Source: Alphaproteobacteria bacterium (lineage in GTDB: Bacteria; Pseudomonadota; Alphaproteobacteria; Micavibrionales; UBA2020). From it: 64,000 bases of DNA. Numbering within the stretch: the stretch's first letter is position 1; each line of letters starts with the position of its first letter. A model generated the notes under the pieces. That model was not told where the DNA came from and made no database searches. It was given only the letters and a program-made list of their open reading frames with translations. The position numbers and the translations under genes were made by a program. The stretch lies in assembly GCA_035437825.1 (NCBI GenBank), contig DAOMYX010000001.1:113220-177219 (forward strand). The letters run 5' to 3'. Below, piece by piece: positions 29,650-37,793 of this stretch.

Positions 29650-30987
29650 ATGATGCGTAAATTTTATGGTATTTTTCTGGCAGCGGCGATGATGCTCGGC
29701 ATGACGCTGGCGGCCGTGCCCGCGCAGGCGGAACTGCGCATCGACGTCACCAAGGGCAACGTCACGCCGATGCCCATCGCCATTCCGGATTTCAAGGGCA
29801 GCAACGGCGCCGATAACGAAATGGGCGCCAAGATGACGCAGGTGATTGCGGCGAACCTCAACCGCTCCGGCCTGTTCCGCACGCTCGACCAGCGCTCTTT
29901 CATTCAGGATTCCATCGCTGCGCAGGCTGGCCCGCGCTTCGGCGACTGGCGCGCCATCAATGCGCAGGCCTTGGTGACAGGTGTTCTCAGCAAAACGGCC
30001 GAGGGTAAAACCCGCGTTGAATTCCGCCTGTGGGATGTTTTCTCCGAACAGCAAATGGTCGGCACCGCTTATATGACGACGCCGGAAAACTGGCGCCGCA
30101 TCGCACATATCATTTCCGACGCGATTTACAAGCGCATCACGGGCGAAGACGGCTATTTCGACAGCCGCATCGTTTATATTTCTGAAACCGGCCCTGCGAA
30201 CGCGCGTGAAAAGCGTCTGGCCATTATGGATCAGGACGGCGCCAACCACCGTTATCTGACCGATGGCCGCGCGCTGGTGCTGACCCCGCGTTTCTCGCCG
30301 ACGGAACAGAAAATCACCTATATGGCGTATTACAACAACAAGCCGCGCGTCTATGTCTATAACATCGACACGGGCAAGCAGGAAGTTCTGGGCGATTTCC
30401 CCGGCATGACCTTCGCGCCGCGCTTTTCGCCCGATGGCCGCCGCGTTATCATGTCGCTGTCCAAAAACGGCAACAGCGATATTTATACGCTCGACCTTGG
30501 CTCCCGCGCTGTGCGCCAGCTGACGAATGACAGCTCCATCAACACCAGCCCCAGCTTCGCGCCGGATGGGCGTCAGGTGGCGTTTGAATCCGACCGTGGC
30601 GGCACGCAGCAGATTTACGTCATGAATGCTGATGGCAGCGGCGCCAAGCGTATTACCTTTGGCGATGGCCGCTATGCGAACCCCGTATGGTCGCCGCGCG
30701 GTGATTTGATTGCCTTCACCAAAATGCTGAAGGGTCAGTTCTATATCGGCGTTATCCGCCCCGACGGCAGCGGCGAGCGTTTGATTACGCAGGCCTTCCA
30801 CGTCGAAGGGCCGACATGGTCGCCGAACGGCCGCGTGCTGTCTTACTTCAAGGAAAGCCCGACGGGCGTGCGCCGCACCGGTCGCAGTGCGCAGGTCTAT
30901 ACTATCGACCTGACAGGGTATAACGAACAACGCCTGCCGCTGCCGCAGGATGGTTCCGACCCTGCATGGTCGCCGCTGAATAAATAA
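29650..30987 (+). CDS. tolB: Tol-Pal system beta-propeller protein TolB
   Basis: Signal peptide, then repeated propeller blades ([44 protein letters not shown]). Confidence 0.95.
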   Translation: MMRKFYGIFLAAAMMLGMTLAAVPAQAELRIDVTKGNVTPMPIAIPDFKGSNGADNEMGAKMTQVIAANLNRSGLFRTLDQRSFIQDSIAAQAGPRFGDWRAINAQALVTGVLSKTAEGKTRVEFRLWDVFSEQQMVGTAYMTTPENWRRIAHIISDAIYKRITGEDGYFDSRIVYISETGPANAREKRLAIMDQDGANHRYLTDGRALVLTPRFSPTEQKITYMAYYNNKPRVYVYNIDTGKQEVLGDFPGMTFAPRFSPDGRRVIMSLSKNGNSDIYTLDLGSRAVRQLTNDSSINTSPSFAPDGRQVAFESDRGGTQQIYVMNADGSGAKRITFGDGRYANPVWSPRGDLIAFTKMLKGQFYIGVIRPDGSGERLITQAFHVEGPTWSPNGRVLSYFKESPTGVRRTGRSAQVYTIDLTGYNEQRLPLPQDGSDPAWSPLNK

Positions 30988-31008
30988 GCGTAACAATAAG
31001 GTATAAAT

Positions 31009-31038
31009 AAAAAAGCCCGCAGTGTGCGGGCTTTTTTA
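31009..31038. terminator. Bidirectional rho-independent terminator after tolB
   Basis: aaaaaaGCCCGCagtgtGCGGGCtttttta between convergent tolB and the rhomboid-like gene. Confidence 0.65.
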
Positions 31039-31050
31039 TTTAGGGCGTTT

Positions 31051-31803
31051 TTAATGCGGGCTGTGCCAATCGTGACCTTCGCCCGAGCGCTCCATAGAGC
31101 GTTTATGCAGGGGCAGGTCGATGATGACGCTGCGGTCGCGGAAGATGAAGTAGAGAATATACCCGACCCAGAACGCGCCAAAGTGAATGGCCGATATGCG
31201 CAGGTATTCAAGCGAGAAGATGTCAAGGATGTGGGGCATGCTATCCACGCTCCACCACAGACCGAGACCCGCGTCAATCAGCAGGTAAATCGCAGGCAGC
31301 CATTTGACGCTGATGCTGCTTTCCTGCAGCCAGTAAATAATATCGACCTTGATATTGGGGAAACAGGCGATATAGGCGCCCATCACGGCAAAGGCCGCGC
31401 CGCCGAACCCGACGACGGGCAGCACATCGCCGCCCGTACCCCAATGCAGCTGCGCGAAGAGCGCCCCCGCAGCGGTGAGCAGGAAGAACACAAGATAACG
31501 CAAATGCCCCATGATGTATTCGACGTTATCGCCGAGCATCCAGAGCATATAAACGTAAAGCCCCAGCAGGAAGGGGTTTTGATGTATAAACATGCTGGCG
31601 CCCATCGCCTGCATATCGGCCTTGTTTGAAAACGCCACGCTGTCGCCGGGTTTCAGCATATAGGCATCGAGCGCGGCCATGGTGAAATTGCGGTCTTTGA
31701 AAACCGCATAGGCGAGGACGCCGAGACCTGCGAGGATAAAAGTCCAGTTCAGCCAATGGTTGTCGCGGTGGTGGTTGTCATCGCCGACGGGAATAACGGG
31801 CAT
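31051..31803 (-). CDS. Rhomboid-like membrane protein lacking the catalytic serine
   Basis: WMLGDNVE (rhomboid WxxGxxxE box), VVGFGGAAFAVMGAY aligning to the GASGAIFGLLGA box with Gly at the Ser position (codon 31402..31404), and SAIHFGAFWVG (His box retained). Confidence 0.55.
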   Translation of the reverse strand: MPVIPVGDDNHHRDNHWLNWTFILAGLGVLAYAVFKDRNFTMAALDAYMLKPGDSVAFSNKADMQAMGASMFIHQNPFLLGLYVYMLWMLGDNVEYIMGHLRYLVFFLLTAAGALFAQLHWGTGGDVLPVVGFGGAAFAVMGAYIACFPNIKVDIIYWLQESSISVKWLPAIYLLIDAGLGLWWSVDSMPHILDIFSLEYLRISAIHFGAFWVGYILYFIFRDRSVIIDLPLHKRSMERSGEGHDWHSPH

Positions 31804-31810
31804 GGCGGCC

Positions 31811-32305
31811 TCACTTGCTCAGGCTGCGGGCGAAGGGGGCGAATTCCTGCATAACGCGGCTGTAAACATCGCGCTTGAACGGCACGACGTAATCCAGCAG
31901 CGTTGTCAGCGGCACCCATTTCCACTGCCCGAATTCGGGGTGCGAAAAAGCATCCAGCCGGATATCGGCATCGCTGCCCGTAAATTCCAGCGCCACCCAT
32001 TTTTGCCGCTGGCCGCGGTAGCGGTTGTTCCAGAGTTTCTGCGCGGTGCGCGGCGGGATGTCGTAGTAAATCCATTCGTCAATCATGCCGAGGAGCCGCG
32101 CGCTGCGCGTGCCGATTTCCTCTTCCATTTCGCGGAAGGCGGCGACGTCGATTTCTTCGCCCGCGTCGATGCCGCCTTGCGGCATTTGCCATGCGCCAGG
32201 GCCGTCCAGACGTTCGCCCACGAAAACGAGTCCTTCGCGGTTGAACAGGGTAATGCCCACGCAGGGACGATAAAGGTTATCGTCTCTTTCAATCAATGCG
32301 CTCAT
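31811..32305 (-). CDS. rppH: RNA pyrophosphohydrolase RppH (Nudix)
   Basis: YRPCVGITLFNREGLVFVGERLD..GAWQMPQGGIDAGEEIDVAAFREMEEEIG (Nudix box). Confidence 0.9.
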   Translation of the reverse strand: MSALIERDDNLYRPCVGITLFNREGLVFVGERLDGPGAWQMPQGGIDAGEEIDVAAFREMEEEIGTRSARLLGMIDEWIYYDIPPRTAQKLWNNRYRGQRQKWVALEFTGSDADIRLDAFSHPEFGQWKWVPLTTLLDYVVPFKRDVYSRVMQEFAPFARSLSK

Positions 32306-32306
32306 G

Positions 32307-33296
32307 TCAGGGGGTCCTTGGATTTGCGGCGGCGGTTTTAAGTATTTCTGTCGGCGTTGTCAGCGTAAAGCCGCGGCGCGCAAGCCCCTCTGCCCATTCG
32401 CTGATGATTTCAAGCGAAGCCGGATAAGGCGCGGCGACGCCGAGGGCATAACCTTTGCTCTCCGCCGCTTTTTCCAGCTGGTATAGCTGTTGGCGGATAT
32501 CGCCGGGCACAGGGACGGTATCGATTTGCACATCCGCCGAAAGATAGCCAACGCCTGCGTCATGCGCGAAAGTGGCGGCGGATTGCAGCCCTGCCATGGC
32601 GGGGTTTTCGAAAAACGGCAGGCTCCGGCGTTTCAGCTGTTCCATCAGTTTCATCATGCCGCTTTCATCGCCCAAAAAGCGCGAGCCCATGAAATTCATC
32701 ACAGCATCCGGCTTGCCGAGAGACAGCAGCCAATGCAGGCTGGCGCTGTTTTCCGCATCGCTTTTGCGCAAGAGCAGCGCGCGCGGTCCCGGGTCGTCTT
32801 TGGGGTAGCTGAGCGGTTCCATCGGCAGCAGTAAAATCGTCTGGCGTCCGTTCCCTTTCGCCTGCTCCATCAAGGCTTGCAGGCGCGGCGCGTAGGGCGA
32901 AAAGGCAAGTGCGACAGGCGCAGGCAGTTTCTGCATCGCGTTCAGCGTAGCAGCTTCGGACAGGCCGGCATCGGTCAGGATAAGGGCGATGTTGGCCGTC
33001 TTTCCGGCGGGCAACGTCACCGCGCCTGTGTCTTGCGCAGGGGTTGTTTGCGGGTCTTGGTTGCCTGCTATATCTTCCCCTGATTGCGGCAGGGCAATGA
33101 TGGCCTGCGGGATGCGTGCATCCCACGCCTCGCGCGTGGCGGGGGCATGGTGGTAAATCCATGCCGATACGCAAAGCATCAGCACCAGATAAGCGGCAAT
33201 ACCCTGCAACAGGCGCTTTTTATAAAGCGGCGACAGGCGGGCCCAGAAAGAGCCCGCCTTGCCGTTTTTATCGCCTGTTGAATGGATGTCGTTCAT
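32307..33296 (-). CDS. Divergent polysaccharide deacetylase family protein (YibQ-like)
   Basis: N-terminal TM; IALILTDAGLSEAATLNAMQKLPAPVALAFSPYAPRLQALMEQAKGNGRQTILLLPMEP. Located upstream of ctpA, as is common. Confidence 0.75.
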   Translation of the reverse strand: MNDIHSTGDKNGKAGSFWARLSPLYKKRLLQGIAAYLVLMLCVSAWIYHHAPATREAWDARIPQAIIALPQSGEDIAGNQDPQTTPAQDTGAVTLPAGKTANIALILTDAGLSEAATLNAMQKLPAPVALAFSPYAPRLQALMEQAKGNGRQTILLLPMEPLSYPKDDPGPRALLLRKSDAENSASLHWLLSLGKPDAVMNFMGSRFLGDESGMMKLMEQLKRRSLPFFENPAMAGLQSAATFAHDAGVGYLSADVQIDTVPVPGDIRQQLYQLEKAAESKGYALGVAAPYPASLEIISEWAEGLARRGFTLTTPTEILKTAAANPRTP

Positions 33297-33311
33297 CTGC
33301 CTGTTTCTGCG

Positions 33312-34748
33312 TTACGGCGTGGTCGGTGCAGGTTGCTGCGGGGCAGGCGCGGGGGCGCTGCCAGCGGAGCGGTAAAGCGAAATCCCCTGCAGAACGTCGA
33401 TAGCGCGGATAAGTTGGTAATCGTCGTTCTTGTCCGCTTCGGCTTTCGCGTCTTTGCCAGCAGGCTTGGTGGCGTCTTTGCCTGCGGCGTCTTCAGGCTT
33501 TTTGCCATCGGGCTGCAACGTCGGCTCTTCGACCTTTTCGGCCGCGTTCGGGTTTTTGAGCGAGCCTTTCAGGTCTGCTTCGTGGATTTCGCCAAAAGCG
33601 TTTTTCTCTTCGACGATTTTGGCGCGTTCGACCACGATATCCGGCGTGATGCCAAGTCCCTGAATGGATTTGCCGGACGGGGTGTAGTAGCGCGCCGTCG
33701 TCAACTTGATGGAACCGCCGCCCGGTACTTCGAGCAGCGTTTGCACGGAGCCTTTGCCAAAGGACGTCGTGCCCATGACAATGCCGCGCTTGTGGTCTTG
33801 CAGCGCACCCGCGACAATTTCAGATGCCGATGCAGAACCGCCATTCACCAAAACCACAACCGGCAGGCCGCGGGCAAGGTCGCCCGGGGTTGCGTTGTCG
33901 CGGCGGGTGTCTTCTGCTTTGCGCCCGCGGGTGGAAACGATTTCGCCTTTATCGAGGAAGGCGTCGGATACGGCAATTGCCTGGTCAAGCAGGCCGCCCG
34001 GGTTGTTGCGCAGGTCAAGGACGTAGCCGATGATTTTGCTGCCGGCTTCTTTGTCTATATCCTGAAACGCTTTTTGCAGGCCGGTGAAGGTCTGGCCGTT
34101 GAAAGCGGACATACGGATATAACCGACATTGCCGCCTTCGACGCGGGAGCGGACGGATTTAATCTGGATAACGTCACGCGTCAGCGTCAGGCGCATCGGC
34201 TCCGCCGCGCCGGCGCGGACAATGGTCAGCACGATGTTGGTGCCGACACGGCCGCGCATTTTATCGACGGCGTCGTTCAGCGACATGCCCATAACCTGCT
34301 GGCCGTCGATTTCGACGATAAGGTCGCCGGACTGGACGCCGGCGCGGGCGGCAGGGGTATCGTCAATCGGGGATACGACTTTGACAACGCCGTTTTCCAT
34401 GGTGACTTCGATGCCAAGGCCGCCAAATTCGCCGCGGTTCTGCACCGACATCGCCTTGGTTTCTTCCTCGGTCATATAGGTGGAGTGGGGGTCGAGGTTC
34501 GACAGCATCCCGACCAGCGCATATTCCAGCAGCTTGCGGTCTTCGACGGGGTCAACATAATCGGCGCGTACGCGTTCAAACACTTCGCCAAACAGGTCAA
34601 GCGCGCGGTAGGTATTGGCTGGAACGGATTTTCCGGCCGAACGTGCCTGCCCGCCACCTGCGAAAACAGCCGTATAGGACGTCGTCATAAAGACGGCGAT
34701 AGCAAGGGCACTGGCGGCGGCGGTCAGTTTTTTTCTTGTCGAAGTCAT
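33312..34748 (-). CDS. ctpA: S41 carboxy-terminal processing protease
   Basis: PDZ segment (PAARAGVQSGDLIVEIDG) and the catalytic region VVLVNGGSASASEIVAGALQDHKRGIVMGTTSFGKGSVQ. Confidence 0.9.
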   Translation of the reverse strand: MTSTRKKLTAAASALAIAVFMTTSYTAVFAGGGQARSAGKSVPANTYRALDLFGEVFERVRADYVDPVEDRKLLEYALVGMLSNLDPHSTYMTEEETKAMSVQNRGEFGGLGIEVTMENGVVKVVSPIDDTPAARAGVQSGDLIVEIDGQQVMGMSLNDAVDKMRGRVGTNIVLTIVRAGAAEPMRLTLTRDVIQIKSVRSRVEGGNVGYIRMSAFNGQTFTGLQKAFQDIDKEAGSKIIGYVLDLRNNPGGLLDQAIAVSDAFLDKGEIVSTRGRKAEDTRRDNATPGDLARGLPVVVLVNGGSASASEIVAGALQDHKRGIVMGTTSFGKGSVQTLLEVPGGGSIKLTTARYYTPSGKSIQGLGITPDIVVERAKIVEEKNAFGEIHEADLKGSLKNPNAAEKVEEPTLQPDGKKPEDAAGKDATKPAGKDAKAEADKNDDYQLIRAIDVLQGISLYRSAGSAPAPAPQQPAPTTP

Positions 34749-34750
34749 GG

Positions 34751-35950
34751 CTATATCTTGTCCTGTTTGCGTTGTGCGACCAGAATTTTCTGGGGATTGA
34801 CGGGGGTGCCGTTACGGCGGAGTTCGTAGTAAACGGGGTGATGTTCTGTGTCGGACTTATCGACGCTGCCGACAGGCTCGCCGGCGGCGACGCGTGCGCC
34901 CACGACGGTATCGACACGGCCGAGGCCGGCTATAAGGCTATGATACCCCCCGGCGTGCTCGACAATCAAGATATGCTTGTATTTGTGGAACGGGCCGGCG
35001 AAGCGCACAACGCCTGCCAGCGGTGTGACCACGCGGGCATTGCCGCGGGCGTTATAGGTAATGCCCTTGCTGGGTGCGCCAAGGTCATCGATGTCGCCAA
35101 ATGCCGTGCGCACCGTGCCCGGCACGGGGGAGCTGGCCGTGCCTGTGGGCGCGCGCAAATCAGGTGCGCCCGCCGTGCGGTCTTGCGCCGCCGCTTTTTG
35201 CGCGGCTTGCGCAGGCGTGGGTTTTGCGCGCGGCGTTTCAATTTTTTCAACAAGTTCTTCGAGGTTTTTGGCTTCGCGGGTCAGGCGGGCGACTTCGGCA
35301 TTGTTGGCGTCGCGTTCTGCCTCGGTTTGTTTGAGGGCGCTGCGGCGTTCTTCAAGCAGTTTGTTCAGTTTTTCTTCGTCTGCGTTGATATTGGCGAGAG
35401 CCTGCTGCTGCGCCGTGCGCTGCGCGGCGATATCGTTTTCGATTTTATCGAGCGCTGCAATTTCCGCGCGCAGGGCAGATGATTTTTCATGCAGCTGCGG
35501 GATAAGCGTTTTCATCAGGCGTGCGGCGCGCGCGGCCTCCAGCGGGTCGGACTGCGTCATCATTGTCGGGGTGGATGTACGGGTGAAACGCTGCGCTGCG
35601 GTGACAAGCCCGCCGACGGCCTCTTGCTCTGAAAACAATTTGTCTTGCAGGGCGGATTTTTGCCTTTGCAGTTCTGCCGCGCGGCGTTTGCTGGTGGAAA
35701 GGTCTTCTTCCAGCTTGCGCAGGCCTTTTGACATATCAATCAGTTTTTTTTGCAGGTCTGTGGTTTCCTGCTCCAGCGCGCGGGATTTACGGCTGAGCGC
35801 GTTTTGCGTCGCCTGTTTTTGTTCTATCGCGGCTTCGATTTTCTTTTTTTGTGTGGCTTCCTGCGCTTGGGCGGGCAGGGATGTGCCCGCGCATAAAGCC
35901 AGCAGGAAAAATGCCATCAGCGGGGTATGTGCGGCGGTCAAACGCGGCAT
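34751..35950 (-). CDS. EnvC-like murein hydrolase activator / M23 (LytM) domain protein
   Basis: Signal peptide from ATG at 35950 (MPRLTAAHTPLMAFFLLALCAG), a long coiled coil, and a C-terminal LytM domain (VRFAGPFHKYKHILIVEHAGGYHSLIAGL). Confidence 0.8.
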   Translation of the reverse strand: MPRLTAAHTPLMAFFLLALCAGTSLPAQAQEATQKKKIEAAIEQKQATQNALSRKSRALEQETTDLQKKLIDMSKGLRKLEEDLSTSKRRAAELQRQKSALQDKLFSEQEAVGGLVTAAQRFTRTSTPTMMTQSDPLEAARAARLMKTLIPQLHEKSSALRAEIAALDKIENDIAAQRTAQQQALANINADEEKLNKLLEERRSALKQTEAERDANNAEVARLTREAKNLEELVEKIETPRAKPTPAQAAQKAAAQDRTAGAPDLRAPTGTASSPVPGTVRTAFGDIDDLGAPSKGITYNARGNARVVTPLAGVVRFAGPFHKYKHILIVEHAGGYHSLIAGLGRVDTVVGARVAAGEPVGSVDKSDTEHHPVYYELRRNGTPVNPQKILVAQRKQDKI

Positions 35951-35963
35951 CTTGTGGCGACCT

Positions 35964-36413
35964 TCAGGCCCTGTGATACGGATGCCCCGCAAGGATTTGC
36001 TGGGCACGGTAAATCTGTTCTAACAGCATAACCCGAACCATCATGTGTGGCCATGTTTGTTTGCCGAATGACAACAAAATTTTCGCTTTGTCACGCACGG
36101 TTTTATCGAAACCATCGGCGCCGCCGATGAGCAGGATAATCTCGTTTCCCGGCGCCTGGTCACGCCAGCGGGAAAGTTTTTCTGCAAACTCAGGGCTTGA
36201 ATAGCTCTGTCCGCGCTCGTCAAGGGCGACGACAAAAGCGTTTTCCGGAATGTGTTTTAAAATCAGCGGCGCTTCAATTGCGGAGGTCGCAGCCTTGGGG
36301 CTGTCGATTTCCTCAATCTTCACCGGCCAGCCAAGGCGTTTGATGTATTCATCGCAAAGCTCGCGCAGAGGCGATGCTTTCATACGGCCAACGGCGATGA
36401 TTTTTATTTTCAT
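35964..36413 (-). CDS. rlmH: 23S rRNA (pseudouridine1915-N3)-methyltransferase RlmH
   Basis: 149-aa SPOUT protein MKIKIIAVGRMK...LLIGGADGF...SFGKQTWPHMMVRVMLLEQIYRA. Confidence 0.9.
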   Translation of the reverse strand: MKIKIIAVGRMKASPLRELCDEYIKRLGWPVKIEEIDSPKAATSAIEAPLILKHIPENAFVVALDERGQSYSSPEFAEKLSRWRDQAPGNEIILLIGGADGFDKTVRDKAKILLSFGKQTWPHMMVRVMLLEQIYRAQQILAGHPYHRA

Positions 36414-36440
36414 TTTTATTCAGATAGTTTTGTCGATTTA

Positions 36441-36986
36441 TTAAATCGATTTATAAAGCGTGTAGTCGGTGGCGCTGAAGTCGGTGGACCAGAGCTTTTC
36501 AAGGTTATAGAAAGTCCGGACTTCTGCGCGGAACAGATGCACAATCACATCGCCCGCATCGACGATAACCCAATCACCTGTCGCGGCACCTTCGATGCGT
36601 GCCTTGTGCCCGTCCTTGGCCAGCCGCTCTTTCAGTTTTTGCGCCATGGCGGCAACGTGGCGGGAGGAGGTACCCGTCACGATGACCATAAAATCCGCAA
36701 TCGCGCTTTTTCCGGCAAGGTCGATGGACACGATGTTATCGCCCTTGTCCTGGTCGAGGGCCTTCACAATCATCTGGTGCATGGCCTTCGCGCGGTTATC
36801 ACCGGCGGCGGGCTTTGCGGCTTTTTTCTCGGGCGCGGGTTTGACGGCTTTCAGTGCCGGTTTGGCGGCGGCTTTTTTCGTGGCCGTTTTCACTGCTTTT
36901 TTCTCGGCCTTTTTAATGGCTTTTTTTACAGCTTTCTTCGCGGGTTTTTTGGGTGGGGTAGCGATGGTCGCCTCCTCTTGGGTCAA
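36441..36986 (-). CDS. rsfS: Ribosome silencing factor RsfS with Lys/Ala/Pro-rich N-terminal extension (start uncertain)
   Basis: The core (KALDQDKGDNIVSIDLAGKSAIADFMVIVTGTSSRHVAAMAQKL...VIVHLFRAEVRTFYNLEKLW) is RsfS/iojap. The 5' 68 codons encode PPKKPAKKAVKKAIKKAEKKAVKTATKKAAAKPALKAVKPAPEKKAAKPAAG. The ORF-track start is TTG. An internal ATG (MHQMIV) would give a canonical-length protein. Confidence 0.75.
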   Translation of the reverse strand: MTQEEATIATPPKKPAKKAVKKAIKKAEKKAVKTATKKAAAKPALKAVKPAPEKKAAKPAAGDNRAKAMHQMIVKALDQDKGDNIVSIDLAGKSAIADFMVIVTGTSSRHVAAMAQKLKERLAKDGHKARIEGAATGDWVIVDAGDVIVHLFRAEVRTFYNLEKLWSTDFSATDYTLYKSI

Positions 36987-37002
36987 AACGAATGTGTGCC
37001 GG

Positions 37003-37040
37003 CAACAAAAAACGCAAGCGCGGTTTCTGCGTCTTGCGTT
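37003..37040 (-). terminator. Terminator-like hairpin between nadD and rsfS
   Basis: Minus strand reads AACGCAAGacgcagaaaccgcgCTTGCGTTttttttgttg. It ends about 17 nt upstream of the TTG at 36986. Confidence 0.5.
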
Positions 37041-37169
37041 AAATCATCGGGCAAAGAAGATATAAACCTGTGCAAAAGCGTCAATCCGGACTTGTTTATC
37101 CTGCTTTCATTATACCGCCTTCCGGCGGGCGGGGCAATAACCGTGAATGCACCTGAAAAACAGGCTTTT

Positions 37170-37790
37170 TCAGGCTTTTGTCCCGCCGCGCGCCGCGCGG
37201 ATGGCGGTTGAGGAGATATGATTGAGCGGAATATGCAGGATGGTCCAGACCGGCAGGGCACGGTCTTTCAGGGTCGTGGCCGCGCTTTCGGGTATCAGGC
37301 GGTGGCGGTAGCGTTCTGTGGCGGGGCAGGATTTAAGGCTGTTGCCGTGCGGCGGACGGTCGAGAACGCAAACGGCCGTGGTTTCAAAAATATCCTGCCA
37401 GTCCTGCCAGCGGTGCACCTGCCGCAGGTTGTCCGTGCCCATCAGCCAGACAAAACGCGTGCGCGGAAAAACCTGCCGCAGTTTGGCCAGCGTATCGGCG
37501 GTGTAGCGGGTATTGAGGTGCTGTTCTATGTCGGTGACCACAATTTGCGGGTGGCGGCTGGCGCGTTTCGCGCTTTCAACGCGCGATGCGAGCGGCGCCA
37601 TGCCCTTTGTCGATTTCAGCGGATTTTGCGGGCTGACCATCCACCACACGGCATCAAGCCCCAGATGTTTGAGCGCCATCAGGCTGATATGCCGGTGGCC
37701 TTCATGCGCGGGGTTGAACGAGCCGCCCAAAAGCCCGACCGTGCGGCCGGACCATAGGTTGCTGGTATAAAGCGACGGTGCCGTGCGCAA
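37170..37790 (-). CDS. nadD: Nicotinate-nucleotide adenylyltransferase NadD
   Basis: VGLLGGSFNPAHEGHRHISLMAL (HxGH nucleotidyltransferase motif), SSTAIR near the C-terminus. TTG start 4 nt after the putA stop. Confidence 0.85.
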   Translation of the reverse strand: MRTAPSLYTSNLWSGRTVGLLGGSFNPAHEGHRHISLMALKHLGLDAVWWMVSPQNPLKSTKGMAPLASRVESAKRASRHPQIVVTDIEQHLNTRYTADTLAKLRQVFPRTRFVWLMGTDNLRQVHRWQDWQDIFETTAVCVLDRPPHGNSLKSCPATERYRHRLIPESAATTLKDRALPVWTILHIPLNHISSTAIRAARGGTKA

Positions 37791-37793
37791 GAC

